Below are positions 35,977-49,339 of a stretch of 64,000 nucleotides of DNA, one piece after another. The stretch spans positions 62,001 to 126,000 of the forward strand of contig NW_026926145.1 in the NCBI RefSeq assembly GCF_032062105.1. The letters run 5' to 3'. The notes under the pieces were generated by a model. It was not told the origin of the DNA. It did no database searches and worked only from the letters and a program-made list of their open reading frames with translations. This stretch comes from Saccostrea cucullata. Lineage: Eukaryota. Numbering within the stretch: position 1 is the stretch's first letter; each line of letters opens with the position of its first letter. The position numbers were made by a program, and so were the translations under genes.

Positions 35977-38900
35977 CTAATTCTTGATTTTTTCATCCTC
36001 TGAATAATTTTCTTTGTTCACTTTGTTATTGTGAGCTTTGTAAAAGCCTTTTCTCAGAAGAAAAATTCCACAGTTCAGGAAAAATTCCACAAATTCAAGG
36101 AGTGACAGAAGACTGGCTCCCAGCAATAACCCCATCTGCCCTCCAATGTTGGCTGCAAAGAAAGGCAAACATGTCAAATTCAGTTTGATGCATGGTTTTA
36201 ATTGATATTTTAAAAAGCAACTTCATGCACAAATCTAAAAAGAGTTGTACTACAGGAAATAAAACCAAATAAGATATTCTATTCAACTATCTTTAAAAAA
36301 TCCATGATGTTAATCAGTAGTGTGAAGGACCCAGAAAAGAACACATGGGAATCAATTTATCAAAATATATGTCATGGACAGGCTTTGTGTCCTAAATGAT
36401 ATTAACACCCACCTACTTGAGTCAGACTTACACATTGTCTTTTACAGATGTACATGTCAGGAATTTAAGTAATCTGGAGAGGTTATTTTAGCCGTTGTGT
36501 TTGTATAATACCTACTCCACAATACTTACACAAGATGTCTTGATAAGACGTATACAGCGGCACTTGCTCCACCTTATGTACTTGTAGATAATCAAAGTGG
36601 ATGTGGAGTTCAACGAAATTTTCACTACAACAGGGAAGATAGTACATAAAGTTCATAACATTTATCATGCTAGAGAGTAATGTTTTTGGCTTCTTGCTTT
36701 TATTTTTGAAATCAACTGAGAGCTATTGTTATTATTTTTGTTCATGTTTATTCTAGGTTAAGATTTTGTCAATGCTCTTTTTATTTTTTCTACAGCACTT
36801 GTATTCATGTTTTCAGTGCTTCATGGAGCGGTCACCTATCCGCTATCACCTACACCACTGTCTAGCCGTTGCTTAATTTGCCTGAAATCGAGGGAGACTC
36901 TACCGCATCACCAGAAAAGCTAGCTCACTAGCGAGGCAGTATGAGTTCTTTACGTACTATTCCGCTACACTTCTCTAACTCAGGGAATCTTAACTAAAAA
37001 AGATAGCACACTTCCGAGTTAGCGTAAATTCTTTACATACTATTCCGCTACACTTCCCCGACTCAGGGAAGCTTTGTCCCGAAGCTTAAATGGGTCCTCC
37101 CTGTGTGTCGGAGGCCTCTTCAATAACAGTTACCAATGACATCCACGGTTACCGAGTGCGTAAATGGACAAAATATTTAGTCTTAAGACTTTCTGAAGCA
37201 AGCCACCGTACACTATCGTCAATAAGCTACTACCTAGGTGTTCCGTAGGTGTCTTCGCACTTTGGCCTTTCTAGCAATTAAAGGCGAAGGAGCGAGAGTG
37301 CAATGAAATATACTGATGGAAATTAATAAGAAAACACATATATTTAAATCGTAAAATTTGCTTTAGTGTCAGTTGTATTTGATCAAGTACATGTACATTT
37401 CATTAAATATGTGCATTACAAGTGGAATTTTAGTATCTGGTGTGGCCTCCCTGCTTTTTGATCACTTCCTCATACCGTCTTGGAACTCTGTATCAACTTC
37501 CGTATCTCAGCTCGAGGAATTACGCACCACTCTTCTCGACGAGCCTGGAACAACGCATCACTATCCCTCAACCGACGCCCGAGAACAACCCAGAGCTAGT
37601 GTTCAATAGAGTTAAGGTCTGGACTTTTGGAAGGCCATCGCAACATCCTGATGTTGTTAGGCGTCAGAAAAACCCTGCTGACGTGAAACGTGTGGGATCG
37701 AGCAGTGTCATGTTGAAACTCAAAATGTATGCCCACTCTGAAAGGAATAACAACAGACCGCGTCACTTCATCTCCGTATCTGACACTGGTCGCCTTTCCA
37801 TCCAGTCGAACAAGGTCAGTTCTGTGGTCGTAGATTATGCTGCCTCATACCATCACCGATCCACCGCCATAGAAATCGTTGTTTGAAGGTACACTGATGA
37901 TGACGTTCACGAAGGCGTCGCAAAACGCGAATTCGACCGTTTGCAAAGTCCAAAGTGAACCAAGATTCATCGCTGAACCTGTATAGCGCCAATGTAGAAG
38001 TTGTCTTGCTTGATGTTGTGTAGCCCATGACCTGATGAGACGCCTGTGTTCAGCAGTCATCCTAACTCCCACAACAGGACGACATGACTTAAGGCCCGCT
38101 GCTTTAAGTCTGTTTCTGACAGTACGGTCACAAATTCTTATTCCTCTTGCTGCCCTGAACTTAGAGTTTATTTTTTATGCTGACTTGAATCTGTTAAGCA
38201 GGGAGAGCAGTACCAGCTCATGATCATTACGCATTGTTGTTTTACGTTTGGAAGAACCACCTGGAATTTTTACGCTCACTCTCTAGAAGTACCGGTTCCA
38301 CAGACGTGAAATCAATTTGTTATATGGCAGTCTGGAATATTGATTGAACTCCGTTAGTGCAACTAATACCTGTCATTTTTGATTTTCAGAAAGGCATTCT
38401 CTTGGCATGATTCTCAAAGTACGGGTATACTGACAATGGTCGTGTATTTTGTAGTGTTAAATGGACGTAATCATGAATGAAAATCACGAAAATCAATTTT
38501 CAATAGGAAAGTTTCTTTATGAGTTAAAGTAAGCTTCAACATTTTCAGTCTATAACAGCTACATACATTGTAGATCCTTGAACATATGAAACATGCCAAA
38601 CATTAGGTAACAGTAATTATGCGTTCTCTTATTATTTTCCATCAGTATATAATAAATCTACACAAAGTTATTTCAAAACTCGCTGATTTTAGCCCTATAA
38701 GTCACAATTCATCGTGATGAAAATCTCCACACAAGAATATGTTAAGGCGAAAGTACAAAGTTGCAAAGGCGAAAGAGCGATTTAAGTATCACTTCTTCAC
38801 GCTTCGCCGTCGCATCTTCGTACTCTCGCGGATTCGCGTCTCCACCGGAGTACCGTTCCTCTGTCGCCAATATTTTCCTAACTGAAAGCGGGAACCCATC

Positions 38901-41900
38901 TAAAGGTTATAAAGCTTACAGCAGCAGCTGACTTCAAGGAAAACAATGACATCACCAGGAGAAAAACTAGCTCACATGTGTGGATAAACAAAATCATGTC
39001 CATTTTAAAGAATGCCTTGCTTTTACCTGAAATAGTCTTTTGGAAGTCCCATTTTTTTGCTCATAAAGTTGGCGGTATCTTCTGTCGGGTACACAGCATA
39101 CGACATCTGAGCGTTATAAGTCGTCTGCTGACAAGGCTCGGGACAGTCACATGTAGAGAATGTGGTAGCACTTCTTGTGTCTGTAACCAGGATATGATTG
39201 CGTTCAAACAATATGTTCTTTCCTATCAAGTTCTTCAGTTGTAAAATTGATGCACCAAATTAACTCTTTCATGAAAAATATTCTCTTTTTTGTAACAGAC
39301 AAAATACTTTATCAAAGAAAAAAGATGTTAAAATAATCCATGGCGATAAATGGCTATTTATGACTTACTCTGATATGATGAATTGTAAAGGCACTGATGA
39401 TATTGGTATTGGGAGCAAATGGTGTGATCACCTGCAACAACAAAATATTCAAAACCAGAAGAATATTTTTGACCGTCTTCAGGCTTATAATTCTTAACGA
39501 TGTCTCATGAAGAAATATGAAATATTGCAAAACTCGCATCTGCCTGTCAGTAAAGTTTTGTAAAATGTTTTCTTGTAAAACAACCTAAATTTCTTCGTGA
39601 ATAAAGAGAAAAAATGAGTTAAGATTTAAATAAATACAGTGTTTTCATAAATATTCGTTGAGTACCAATTTTCGAAGAATTCATTGTTCAGCAGATCCAC
39701 GAAATTATATGTTCATTAAATTGAGAAATGTGTTATTTATTTTATAGATAATGCTTTCGTCCACGAAATTACGTATCCTCGAAAACGTCTGCTTTACGAA
39801 ATCCACGAAAATGGATGGCAACGAAAAGTGATGAAACCACAGTAGTAATTGTATTTTGCTACTCCAGATAACTACCATTCGACCCCAAAGTAATGCATCC
39901 ACAGCGCTGAAACATCAGGTCACTTTCGCACTTCCTTTTACAAGCATTAATGCTGTATGGTGCTGGATGTACCGGATTTGTAAAATCTGGAGAACTCGGA
40001 TCATCGCAGTAAGTATCACCAAAAGCTTTGAAAGGGGGACCGAGATATGAATACTGAAATGGAGAAAATTTGATGCTTACAAATGCATAGACATAAATAA
40101 CTTAACAATGTTTCTGTTATACGTCATTTTCAAATTTATATTTAGAGTTCTAACCGTTGTTTTAGATAGTTTTGCTAAAGCTATCCTTCCAGGTGGAACG
40201 AGAAAGCCGCTGTTCTCTATTGCTGGGTCTTCAAGAGGATCGTGCACAGCTACCTGTAACAATAGCATATGATCCACTTACAGCCTTCATACAATCACAA
40301 GTGATTACAATTTTACAAGTAGACCAAGTATGGAAACTAAAATGATTTCAAAAAATCCAACCTTCCAGTATTATACGGATAAACTTATCTTAGTGTACAT
40401 TAGAAAATGCTAATAGACCTATGGAACACAGGATTTCTCAAAGGTGACGAGCTCATTTTTACTGTTGGAGAAGCTACAAACCAAGCCAAATGTCTAGCGT
40501 ACTCCAAAGGCAAAATTATTTCACTATCAAAACTTGAAGTGTTGTTTCTCCTAAAAATCAAGACTCTAACAGTGGTAACTTTCAGACTATAGAGACGCTA
40601 CTGTTCGATATCTCCGTATATTTCATGGATACCATTTAAGAATTTTGGAATTGGTATACGATAATTTAAGTGGATGAACCAACGAAAAATCACCAGGAAA
40701 AGACCTGACAATGGAAAGAAATTTGTGCGTTTATGAATAAGTTACGATCAGGATCGGAACCAGGGCTAAGCGGCATTCTCATAAAGGTTAACAAAAATGC
40801 CCGTAAGGATGTCGAGGCAGATGGTTGAGAAGATTAAGAGGATAGGAGTATCATCATCTTGCCAAAGAAGAGCAGTAGGAACTTTGGGACAATTTGATAT
40901 CACAAAATTTTACCAAAATCAACAGCTTAAAAACTTAAGACTTTTCAACTTTATACACAACCATTCCCCACGTTAAATTAAAGTTAAGATTTTTCGATAT
41001 CATTGACAGCTGCTTTTTCAATAGAAATGGAACTCGTAAATTTACTTACCTTGTCATTGGTCAATTGCAAAATTATTTTGTTAAAAACATTCTAACTGTA
41101 CACACAAGTACTCTGAAGTCGACATCAAAAAGATGCTTGAGTTTCTGATTGACAATATATATGTTGTTTTTGGAGACAAGGTCTTCCAACAATCTATTGG
41201 AATTCCCATGGTTACCAATTTTGCCCCGTTTTTTGCAGACCTATTTTTGTATTCATATGAAGCAGTTTTTGTGCAAAATCTTATGCGTGAAAAGTCGAAA
41301 ACACTTGCTGTGGCCTTCATCTCAACATTTAGATATGTCGACGAAGTGTTGTCAATTAACAATTGTAATTTCCATTGTTATGTCGATACGATATTCCTGG
41401 TGAGCTTGAGATAAAATATACCACAGAGTCTGACACATCTCTTTCATATTTGGATATTTTACTTTCTTTGATAAACGTGATGACTTTAACTTTTCTATTG
41501 TCAACTTCCCTTACTTATGCAGCAATATACCTTCATCATCTGCATACGGATTTTTATGCATATCAGTTGATTCGATACGCAAGAGAATGCTCTACGTATG
41601 AACAATTTCTAGAAAGAGGTTAATTATTGACAAACAAGTTGATTAAAGAAGAATATCAGCAGTCTCGTTTAAAGTCATCATTTCTTAAGTTCTATGGTCG
41701 ATACAATTACCTTGTCAGCAAATACAATTTATCATCGAGTCAAATGCTGACTGACGTTCTTTTTATACTAATTGTTAGTCCATTATTTAAACACTTAACT
41801 GACGACGGATTTTCCTTTATTTCCCGATCATGACAAGAAGCACACGACGATGTGACTGGTTGACAGGGGATGCACACTCCTCCATAGCATCTGATCCCAC

Positions 41901-44900
41901 CCCTGATGTTTTGGAGGTCCGTGTTTGCTCTGCTCCTATTTTGTATTGTTTTATTGACTTTTGATCTGGAATACTGTTCGTAATCTACATATGTTTCATA
42001 AACATATAAAATGAAAGATTCACATTTGTGTAAAACTTTGATGTCGCCAGCGTCACGGATTGTTAAGAGCATTAGTTATCGAGTTACGGAGAAAGGAATT
42101 GGTCCTTCCGTCAAGGGTTCGAATCCCTTTTGTGCAAAGTGGAGACCGTTCTTTTAGATGAGACAGTGAACACCTAGGTCCCGTGTCACAGTAAGATCTA
42201 GCAAGTAAAAAGATCCCTAATTGATACAAAGCCCTAAGTGCCAGATACAGGTCTAAATTTGAAGCCTTCTTACGGCAAGTGACGGCGTCTCAATATGAGT
42301 AAAAATTTCTTGATGGATCGATGTGCAACAAACATTAAAAGAGGAAGTCCTTCCCTTCCAGTTAAAATGCAGAATGTAGATAATCCACCTATCATTCAGT
42401 TAAAGGTTTGGCAAAGCGGGATGCTCTGAGAACATATTAAAAATGTACTAAGAACCTTTCAAAATGGCTGCAGCAGATCAAAAAGACTGTCCTACTCAGC
42501 AAGGCTTGTGTGGATGCTCATTCTGTTTTGAAATTGCTACATATCACAAAGGATAATAGATATCTTCATAGATAGTTTGGAGGTCCACCTAGTTTCACTT
42601 CAGTTAGTCCAATAGCAGAATTGCGAATCTTTAGCTGTCAATTTCAACACTAGCAAGAGAGTTCAAAGTTTCGATTATCCAAGGATGTAGGTAAGAGAAG
42701 CAGTGGCAAGAACGATAAGAACAGAACGAAAGAAAAGTACATACCACTTTACAGAAGGCAGAGAAAATTCTCATTACATGCAGCAGATATGGAAAATATT
42801 GTAAGATACAATACAATATATGTCTTTGAGGCTTTGAGAGGAAGAACTAAACTCCAGAATGTCGAATTCGGGAAACAGAGTGAATGTTCAAATGGTCTGT
42901 TTTATTACCGACCAATTTGCTGAGGTGGGGTCCAACAGAATCATCGGACATCAAGTCGAGTGGAGAAAGAGCAACACTCGCTAAAATTTTTAATGCAGAG
43001 TAAAATCCCGGGAAGGACAATGTAGATTGTGTTTGTCAAGGTGCTTCAAGTTTTGAATGAATTCTCGTATTTCTTGATGTGGTCCATCCGGTCTTAGATT
43101 TTAGGCTGCAGTCAAGAGAATAATCATTACCAATTATCATTGTCCTGGGAAGTAGTTTGCAACATAGAGTGGGAAAGTGACAAATACTGGGAACTAAGAG
43201 AACTATTTGACAATCGATAATAAAAGACATGATTATTCCCCATACAAGTTGGTTGTCGTGTATATGAAGAGAATGAATAAAACCTAGGGAATCAGTGACA
43301 TAAATGAATATGAATCGACAAACACTTTGATTAAGAGAGAAAGAAGACTTTTAGGCGAAATTGGAACCTAGGAGACACCAAGTGTATATGTATATATAGA
43401 TTATTGTGGATACGTGGTTTTTTAGGTAAAATATATGTAAAAGATGATGTCAATAAAGGATGCACCACCCAGCATAATCTAGATGGCAGCGAACTGGCAA
43501 CCTGGGTCCTAATTAGGAGGCATATACAAAAACCCAGAAGCAAATGGACTGACCATTATTTAGCAGAATATAACTGTCTGTATATGTATATATACTTATT
43601 GTATATATGTTTTTAAGTCCCTTTTGATAATTGTTCACATCCCACTGTGGGATTCAAACCCGTCGACGTAAGGATCAATTCGTTACTTTGCGAATCTAGA
43701 GCAGACACTCTAGATAACCACTACGTCACACCGGCCACTTTATACTAGTATTTACGAAAAGATAGGACGTTAAATCCGGGCATCATGCAATGAGTTACAG
43801 GTTATTACTAGGCTTCTTCAGAAAAATCCACGCTTAAAAATAGTTTGGTCTTTGGAAATACTAGCTGGAGCAGAAAATATTTTCATAAGAAAATTCAATT
43901 GGTTCATAAACGAGAAATAACATTAAAAATAATGTATTTTATTGGGTCGCGTGTTACCAAAGGCATGGATATAAGATTTTCGTACATTAGAATATACAAG
44001 TCGTCCTTCTGAAAAAATAGATGTGTGTGTACTAATACCACTCTGAAGAAAGAGCATACAAAGGAGAGTAGAAATGTCGTGTTCATTTGACAAAAAGTTA
44101 TAAGAATATTCCTGCAAAACGTTGGTTTGGTTGGTAAATAGAAGCTTTTCTCATTTAAACTTGAGATTTTAATGCTGTTGCTTAGATAAGCAGGATTACC
44201 ATGCAAAAATTGCATTGTTTGATGATTTTTTCAAACTTGCTTGCTTGTTGTAAAACGTCCCTCTCTCGAATTTTTACGATATTGAGACACCACTGCTTGC
44301 CATTGGAGAAATACAAATTTTAATATACTCGGCATTTAGGACCTTTGAACAGTGACGGATCTATTTTGTACAAGCACTTACTGCAATGTGGGACCTCGGT
44401 CTCATCCAGAGGATCAATCTCCACGTTCCGCAGTGAGATACTAACAGCAACGTAGAGTTCAATTTCTCACTCCTTGACTCAAGAGCAAACCTCGCAACAC
44501 TGCTCACACGATATGTTGTTTATGAAGAGTTGTCCAAACCCATCTAGGATTGGATAACACAAGCTATCATGAAGAGGTCTTTAGTTGGAGAAATTTGCAT
44601 TCTTTACCCAAAAATCAATGGGTTATTTGATTATTATTTATTGTTCCTCTCGAGCATTTTTCATTCATATGGAGATTCCTTCATTTGCCCGTGGAGAGCT
44701 GCAAATTTTTTCATGTACTTCGCACCCAGGGCCATGAAGAAGTGAGGGATCTTTTTCGTGCCAACACCTGAGACATGGGGCCTGGGTTTATACAGTCTCT
44801 TCCGAAGGACCGTTTTTTTTTCACGTTCCACTATGAGCCCGCGATGTAAGGATCTGATTCCGCGACTCTAAGACAGACACTCTTTCCATTGCGACAAGCG

Positions 44901-47900
44901 GGTTACTCAAGTCATTATAAAAAGCACTGAAACAGAATATGTTGTATAATCTGTATAAGGAGGGCACTTTTGGCGAAGGCTGATCAACAGCAAAATTTCC
45001 TGTCACTGTGGATGCCACTTTACTGCTTATTAAACCAAGAACTACTATTTGTCCCATGGTATTGTAAAGTTTGATCGACCATCCGGCAATACACCAACAT
45101 AAAGGTGTACATGTAAACCGGTTACGGCCTTTATCCTCTCAAAGCGACGGGGAGATGGTCGAGATTTCTTTTTTTCGATGTTCTCAGTACATGTATATGG
45201 ATATTTTCGCTGGAAAGCTAATGCTTACAGAAAAAAAAATCTCATTTAAAAAAATGCAATAACATTTGAGTAGTAATAAAGTGTGATTTTTTAAAAGTGC
45301 CTGCGTTTAAAAATTATGAGAAAGCCAATCAGTTTATTCAGTTATTTTCAAAAAAAAATTATTCAATGTAAAAGATTAAATCGTTGAATTATGGAATTAA
45401 TAAAACTTCCTACCTTAAATCCATTGCTGCAGTCAGTGTTTTGGTAATTCTGATCGTTGTTGACGCTGAGAAGAGCTATGAAGTTGAAAGATGATCCAGT
45501 AGAACTTGTAGTCACGGATCCATTACTGTTCCACGTGTAACACATACCATTGGATGCCACTTTCTCCGTTAGGTCATGTTTAAGGTTTACGCCTTTTCCG
45601 TCAAACGTTATATACTTGACAACGCTGTTTATTTCCAGCGTTTCATTTGCCACGTCATTGAAAGTCCTTGGCGCAAAATATCCGTTGTTTTGATAGTAAG
45701 GATCCGTCCAGTTGATCTCATCAACTAAGTTGTTTAGTCTTGAGAGTGATAAGTGATAAACTTCGTCTCGTGGGTCAGATGCTACTTTTGATCTATTAAA
45801 GGGGCTCAAATTGCAAAAGGTAACTGCTGGGAATTGTATACTTGACACGCTTTTTACGGAGGAAATGGCCAGGAAGGGGTATTGGTGGTAGTTGATCCAT
45901 TCTTTGTAGAGAAGATAAAGAAGATAACCCGTGCTCACACCCACAGCCACAAACCAAATAATCCTGAAGAAACAAGAAGAGGGATAAACTAGGGAGTATC
46001 TGAATTCGTAAAAAAGAATTTATTGTTTGGTTTTATCCATTACTTAGCATATCTTTGCAGATATGCCAGTGGCGTTATTGTGCTTTGTCAAGAAGATGTA
46101 AGAGGACGATTCGAAGTCTTTTTCCATAAAAAATGCATTGCTAGCTGCAGAACTGTATATAGCTGGTCTGAGAAATCGATGAATAATCAGAGAGCTACTA
46201 ACAGTATCACCCATTGATAAAAAAAAAAGTTTATTTACTAGTATTGCGCACAAAAAGAGGACCTGTTTCTTGATTCATTTTTAAGTATTTCAAAATATTT
46301 TAGCCTTGTGTTGTTAACATTTTCTTTCACTACTTTCATAACAAATTGCATGTACATCTAATGCAAGATGTGTGTTGCACTGAATGGCCTTGCTAGCCAA
46401 AATCATTTTATGGCAATATAAAAAAGGCTATTAATACGATTATGGTCTCAATTTCTTCCAAGAGGACTACTAATTAACAACGGTTTAGAATCTTTTTTGT
46501 CGTAAAAAGAGTAAAAAAAAAAGCATGGGACACACCATTTGTAATATTTTGAGATGGCAGATCAAAATGCAGAAAATTAATCGAAAAAGGCATACATTTT
46601 ACGCGGAATCAACTTTTCGTGGATTGAGAAAGATATATTTGTTCATTGGGATTTAATTTCATGGTTAAAGAATTTTTCCGTAAAGATATATGCTAAAAAT
46701 TAAATTTCGCGGTGGAAATAAATTCATGTGTCTCTTCATACCTTGATATAAAAAAAAATGAAACCCCACGAAAATTGGTGATTTCACAGTAAATATACAT
46801 GTATAAAAAGTGGATGACACTGCTGCTGTCTGGTTGTCCATCTCTATTGTAATGCCAGCGACCTCTCGACGGATCTGCAGCTTATGCTTTGTTAATACAT
46901 GTGCATTATTTTTGCCAGTAAGTGTCATGAAACAAGTGAACAATGATGAAAATCGGGTTCTGCATCTGTCTGTCAATTTGTACGTCTCGTTTGTTTTACA
47001 GAATTTAAACGACTGGAGGGGGCTTAAATGGAGATCCAGCTCATTCACATAACAATTTTAAAAGATACTGATTCTGAAGAAAAGACAATTCTTCAGATAA
47101 GACTGATTGATTGATTGTATATTGTTTCACGTCCCTCTCGAGAATTTTCACCCATTTGGAGACGCCATCACTTGCCGGTTCAAAATCCTATGTGTAAAAT
47201 CCACCGTTACATATGCTCGGCACTTAGGGTCATTGAGCAGTGATGGATCTTTTTCGTGCTTTTTGTGCACCTACTGCGACACGGGACCTCGGTTTATACG
47301 GTCTCATCCGAAGATCCGGTCTCCATGTCCCACAGTGGGATTCGAACCCGCGACGTAAGGATCAATTAATTACTTAGACTCTAGAGCAGACACTCTAACC
47401 ACCGCGGGCACCCCTTCAGATAAGAAAAATGGTATAAAAATTGTTACGGGAGAGAAGAAAATGCAGCGGACCAGACCGGGTTTCGAACCCGGGCCCCCTG
47501 AAACTCCGGTCAGGTGCTCGACAAACTGAGCTATCAGGCCACCGGCGATCGAACCCGGATGACCGCCACAAAATACTAAAAAGTGAATTTTTAACGATGA
47601 ATTGTGGTACCAAGTGTTTTGATAAACAAAATAACTTTTAAATATCGAAGCAAAAACTCCACTCCAAAGTGCCTTTCTTTAAATATTCAAAACAAAATTT
47701 TAATAGCATAATAAGGATTTTTTAAAACTGATATGAAAGTTTGTGATCAGAACAAAAAGGTTCTAAAATTCTAATTAGCCCCGAAATCTACAATTTAGTG
47801 TTTGATACGCATACGATTAATCTCAAAAGAAAAAGAGTCAAATATTTCTAATACAAATATTGCTGACAAAAGCGAGAAAACACAAAATACTTACAAGAGT

Positions 47901-48029
47901 AAACAATACTTACCCGCGATAGAAAGGTCTCTGAAAAATGTGTCCGATTCCATGCATAGAACATTCACCTACAAACGCACCCCCGAGATGTCTGATGGAG
48001 GTGGAGGATTTTTTGTGTTGTTCTTCCAT
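35977..48029 (-). CDS. DEG/ENaC superfamily (ASIC-like) sodium channel subunit, 476 aa, 8 exons
   Basis: Exons (minus): 48029-47914, 45963-45414, 40253-40155, 40053-39876, 39431-39369, 39180-39027, 36624-36530, 36152-35977. All are GT-AG and in phase (1431 nt). N-terminal HG motif (CSMHGIGH), TM1 IIWFVAVGVSTGYLLYLL, FPAVTFCN, Cys-rich thumb (CKRKCESD...CGC...CDCPEPC), TM2 SNIGGQMGLLLGASLLS with the GAS filter. Confidence 0.93.
37311..38647 (-). mobile_element. Full-length but decayed Tc1 transposon in channel intron 6
   Basis: TA TSDs; ~28-bp TIR TACTGATGGAAA.TAATAAGA.AAC.CATA; frameshifted transposase motifs FSDESWF, YGGGSVMV, QHD, WPSKSPDLNSIEH. Confidence 0.88.
39637..39842. mobile_element. 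Tc1/mariner-type MITE
   Basis: TA|CAGTGTTTTCAT...ATGAAACCACAG|TA with internal CCACGAA repeats; a related copy lies at ~46590-46790. Confidence 0.6.
40860..41990 (+). mobile_element. Penelope-like retroelement, 5'-truncated RT plus 3' end
   Basis: DFSTLYTTIPH, FQQSIGIPM, DLFLYSYEA, FRYVDEVL, FNFSIVNFPYLCSNIP, QLIRYAR; no endonuclease after the RT; 3' block GACAGGGGATGC.CACTCCTCC...TGATCCCACC. Confidence 0.85.
42050..42335 (+). mobile_element. tRNA-derived SINE (Deu/Nin-like domain), decayed
   Basis: B-box GGGTTCGAATCCC; GATGAGAC...GGTCCCGTGTCACAG...AAAGATCCC core shared with the other copies. Confidence 0.65.
44620..44900 (-). mobile_element. SINE copy (same family); further fragments at ~43640-43740 and ~44240-44500
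   Basis: Matches the 47103-47413 and 55209-55459 copies. Confidence 0.65.
47103..47413 (-). mobile_element. tRNA-derived SINE with 12-bp TSD
   Basis: TSD CTTCAGATAAGA (47091-47102, 47414-47425); (ATCA)n tail, A-box GTGGTTAGAG and B-box GGGTTCGAATCCC on the minus strand. Confidence 0.85.
47442..47570 (-). mobile_element. 129-bp solo LTR containing a tRNA-like cloverleaf (Ajax/Cassandra-type TRIM LTR)
   Basis: TGT...ACA termini with imperfect inverted ends (TGTTACGG / TGTGGCGG); 4-bp TSD AAAT (47438-47441, 47571-47574); tRNA fold at 47469-47540. Confidence 0.7.
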
Positions 48030-48330
48030 TCTGTAGTTCAGAAGTACGACAAATAAACAGCAGCAGAAGAAAAAAAAACGTGTCCGAAATTCGCCAATTA
48101 TAATGCTTCAATTACACATTTTTTATAGAACCTTTAATCGAAGTCATTAGTCAATGATTCTAATTGTATTAAGTATTGAAGTTGGTATCCACGGACTCTA
48201 CTCTATCCTTGTCAATAACAATGCTTTAAACGGGATGAGAACAGTGGAAATTGATTCAAATATTAGTGTATGTGTAATTTCGATAACAAATTAATTGACC
48301 CTAATGGAAATAAAAAAATGAAAATGTGTA

Positions 48331-48635
48331 CAGTGAAGCCCACTTTTAACGAATCCACTACCGGTATACAGTTTACTAGTATTTTATTTAAAATAATATT
48401 TTGTATGTTTATTCATACTATAAACATCAGAAATTGACAACTAGCGTTCTGAATAATTAATCGTAACGCTATAGATTTCAACTAAATTGAAATGAAAGTA
48501 CCATTACGAGTATTGAATTATTTCGCAATGATATATTATTTCGATGCGATTTTCTTTTTGTTAAATAAACATTAATAAGATTGATCGAATCGGAGTCGTT
48601 GAGATTTTTTTTGTCGCAGTGAATGGGTTACACTG
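48331..48635. mobile_element. Pogo/Tigger-type MITE ~300 bp upstream of the channel start codon
   Basis: TA|CAGTGAAGCCCA...TGGGTTACACTG|TA. Confidence 0.6.
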
Positions 48636-49339
48636 TACTTTATAGACTACACTTAATTGATCAAATAATGAATTTGTTTGGTTTTACTAATTGGGGTACA
48701 GCCAGAAACCATTACACATTATATGATTTTAACAAAATATTTTACTGCAGTGAAGGGCTTAAAATCATATAGAAGTTGACCTGACAAGATAAAATCATTT
48801 GACATTGGCTGCTTTTTTGGAATAAAACAAAGGAACGCAGAAACAAGATCAGGTCATCCATCGGACACATTGGGCCCTTTCTAATGCTGGTACGCTATTG
48901 AAGCAGTTTATGTAAAGTGAGAAAACCCCTCGGATAAAACACATATTTATGGTATTCTAGAATCGTTAGCAGTATATTTAGGCCTCTTTTATAGATTAGA
49001 AATGACAAAACCATAAAATATGAAGATCGATTCCTCTCGGACATTCATTGCAACCTAAAAAACATTGTTGCGCCCCATTAGGAATGTGAAGTCACATCAA
49101 AACTATGACACTATGTCAAGATGAGAAAAGCAGCAAAAACAAAAATTGTGATTCCGCACTTTCATGGTCATATTGTTTTGAATGAAAATGATTTATGGCA
49201 TGTTGGAACTATCTTTAAAAGTAGGTTAAAGACCTGAGGTAAAAAAAAAGATCATAAGTTCAGAAAGTAAACAAATGACAGATAACATAAAGGAAGCATT
49301 TGTCAATTTATTTAAAACCCCTTTTACAGTCAGAAAAGG

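Larger units (their letters stand above)
40400..43400 (+). pseudogene. Highly decayed Gypsy-like pol relic (RNaseH/integrase), interrupted by Penelope and SINE insertions
   Basis: Residual similarity to the RNaseH ...GRWL... motif (~40740-40860) and the integrase ...HPQ...VER...TL.K motif (~42930-42990); many stops. Confidence 0.3.
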
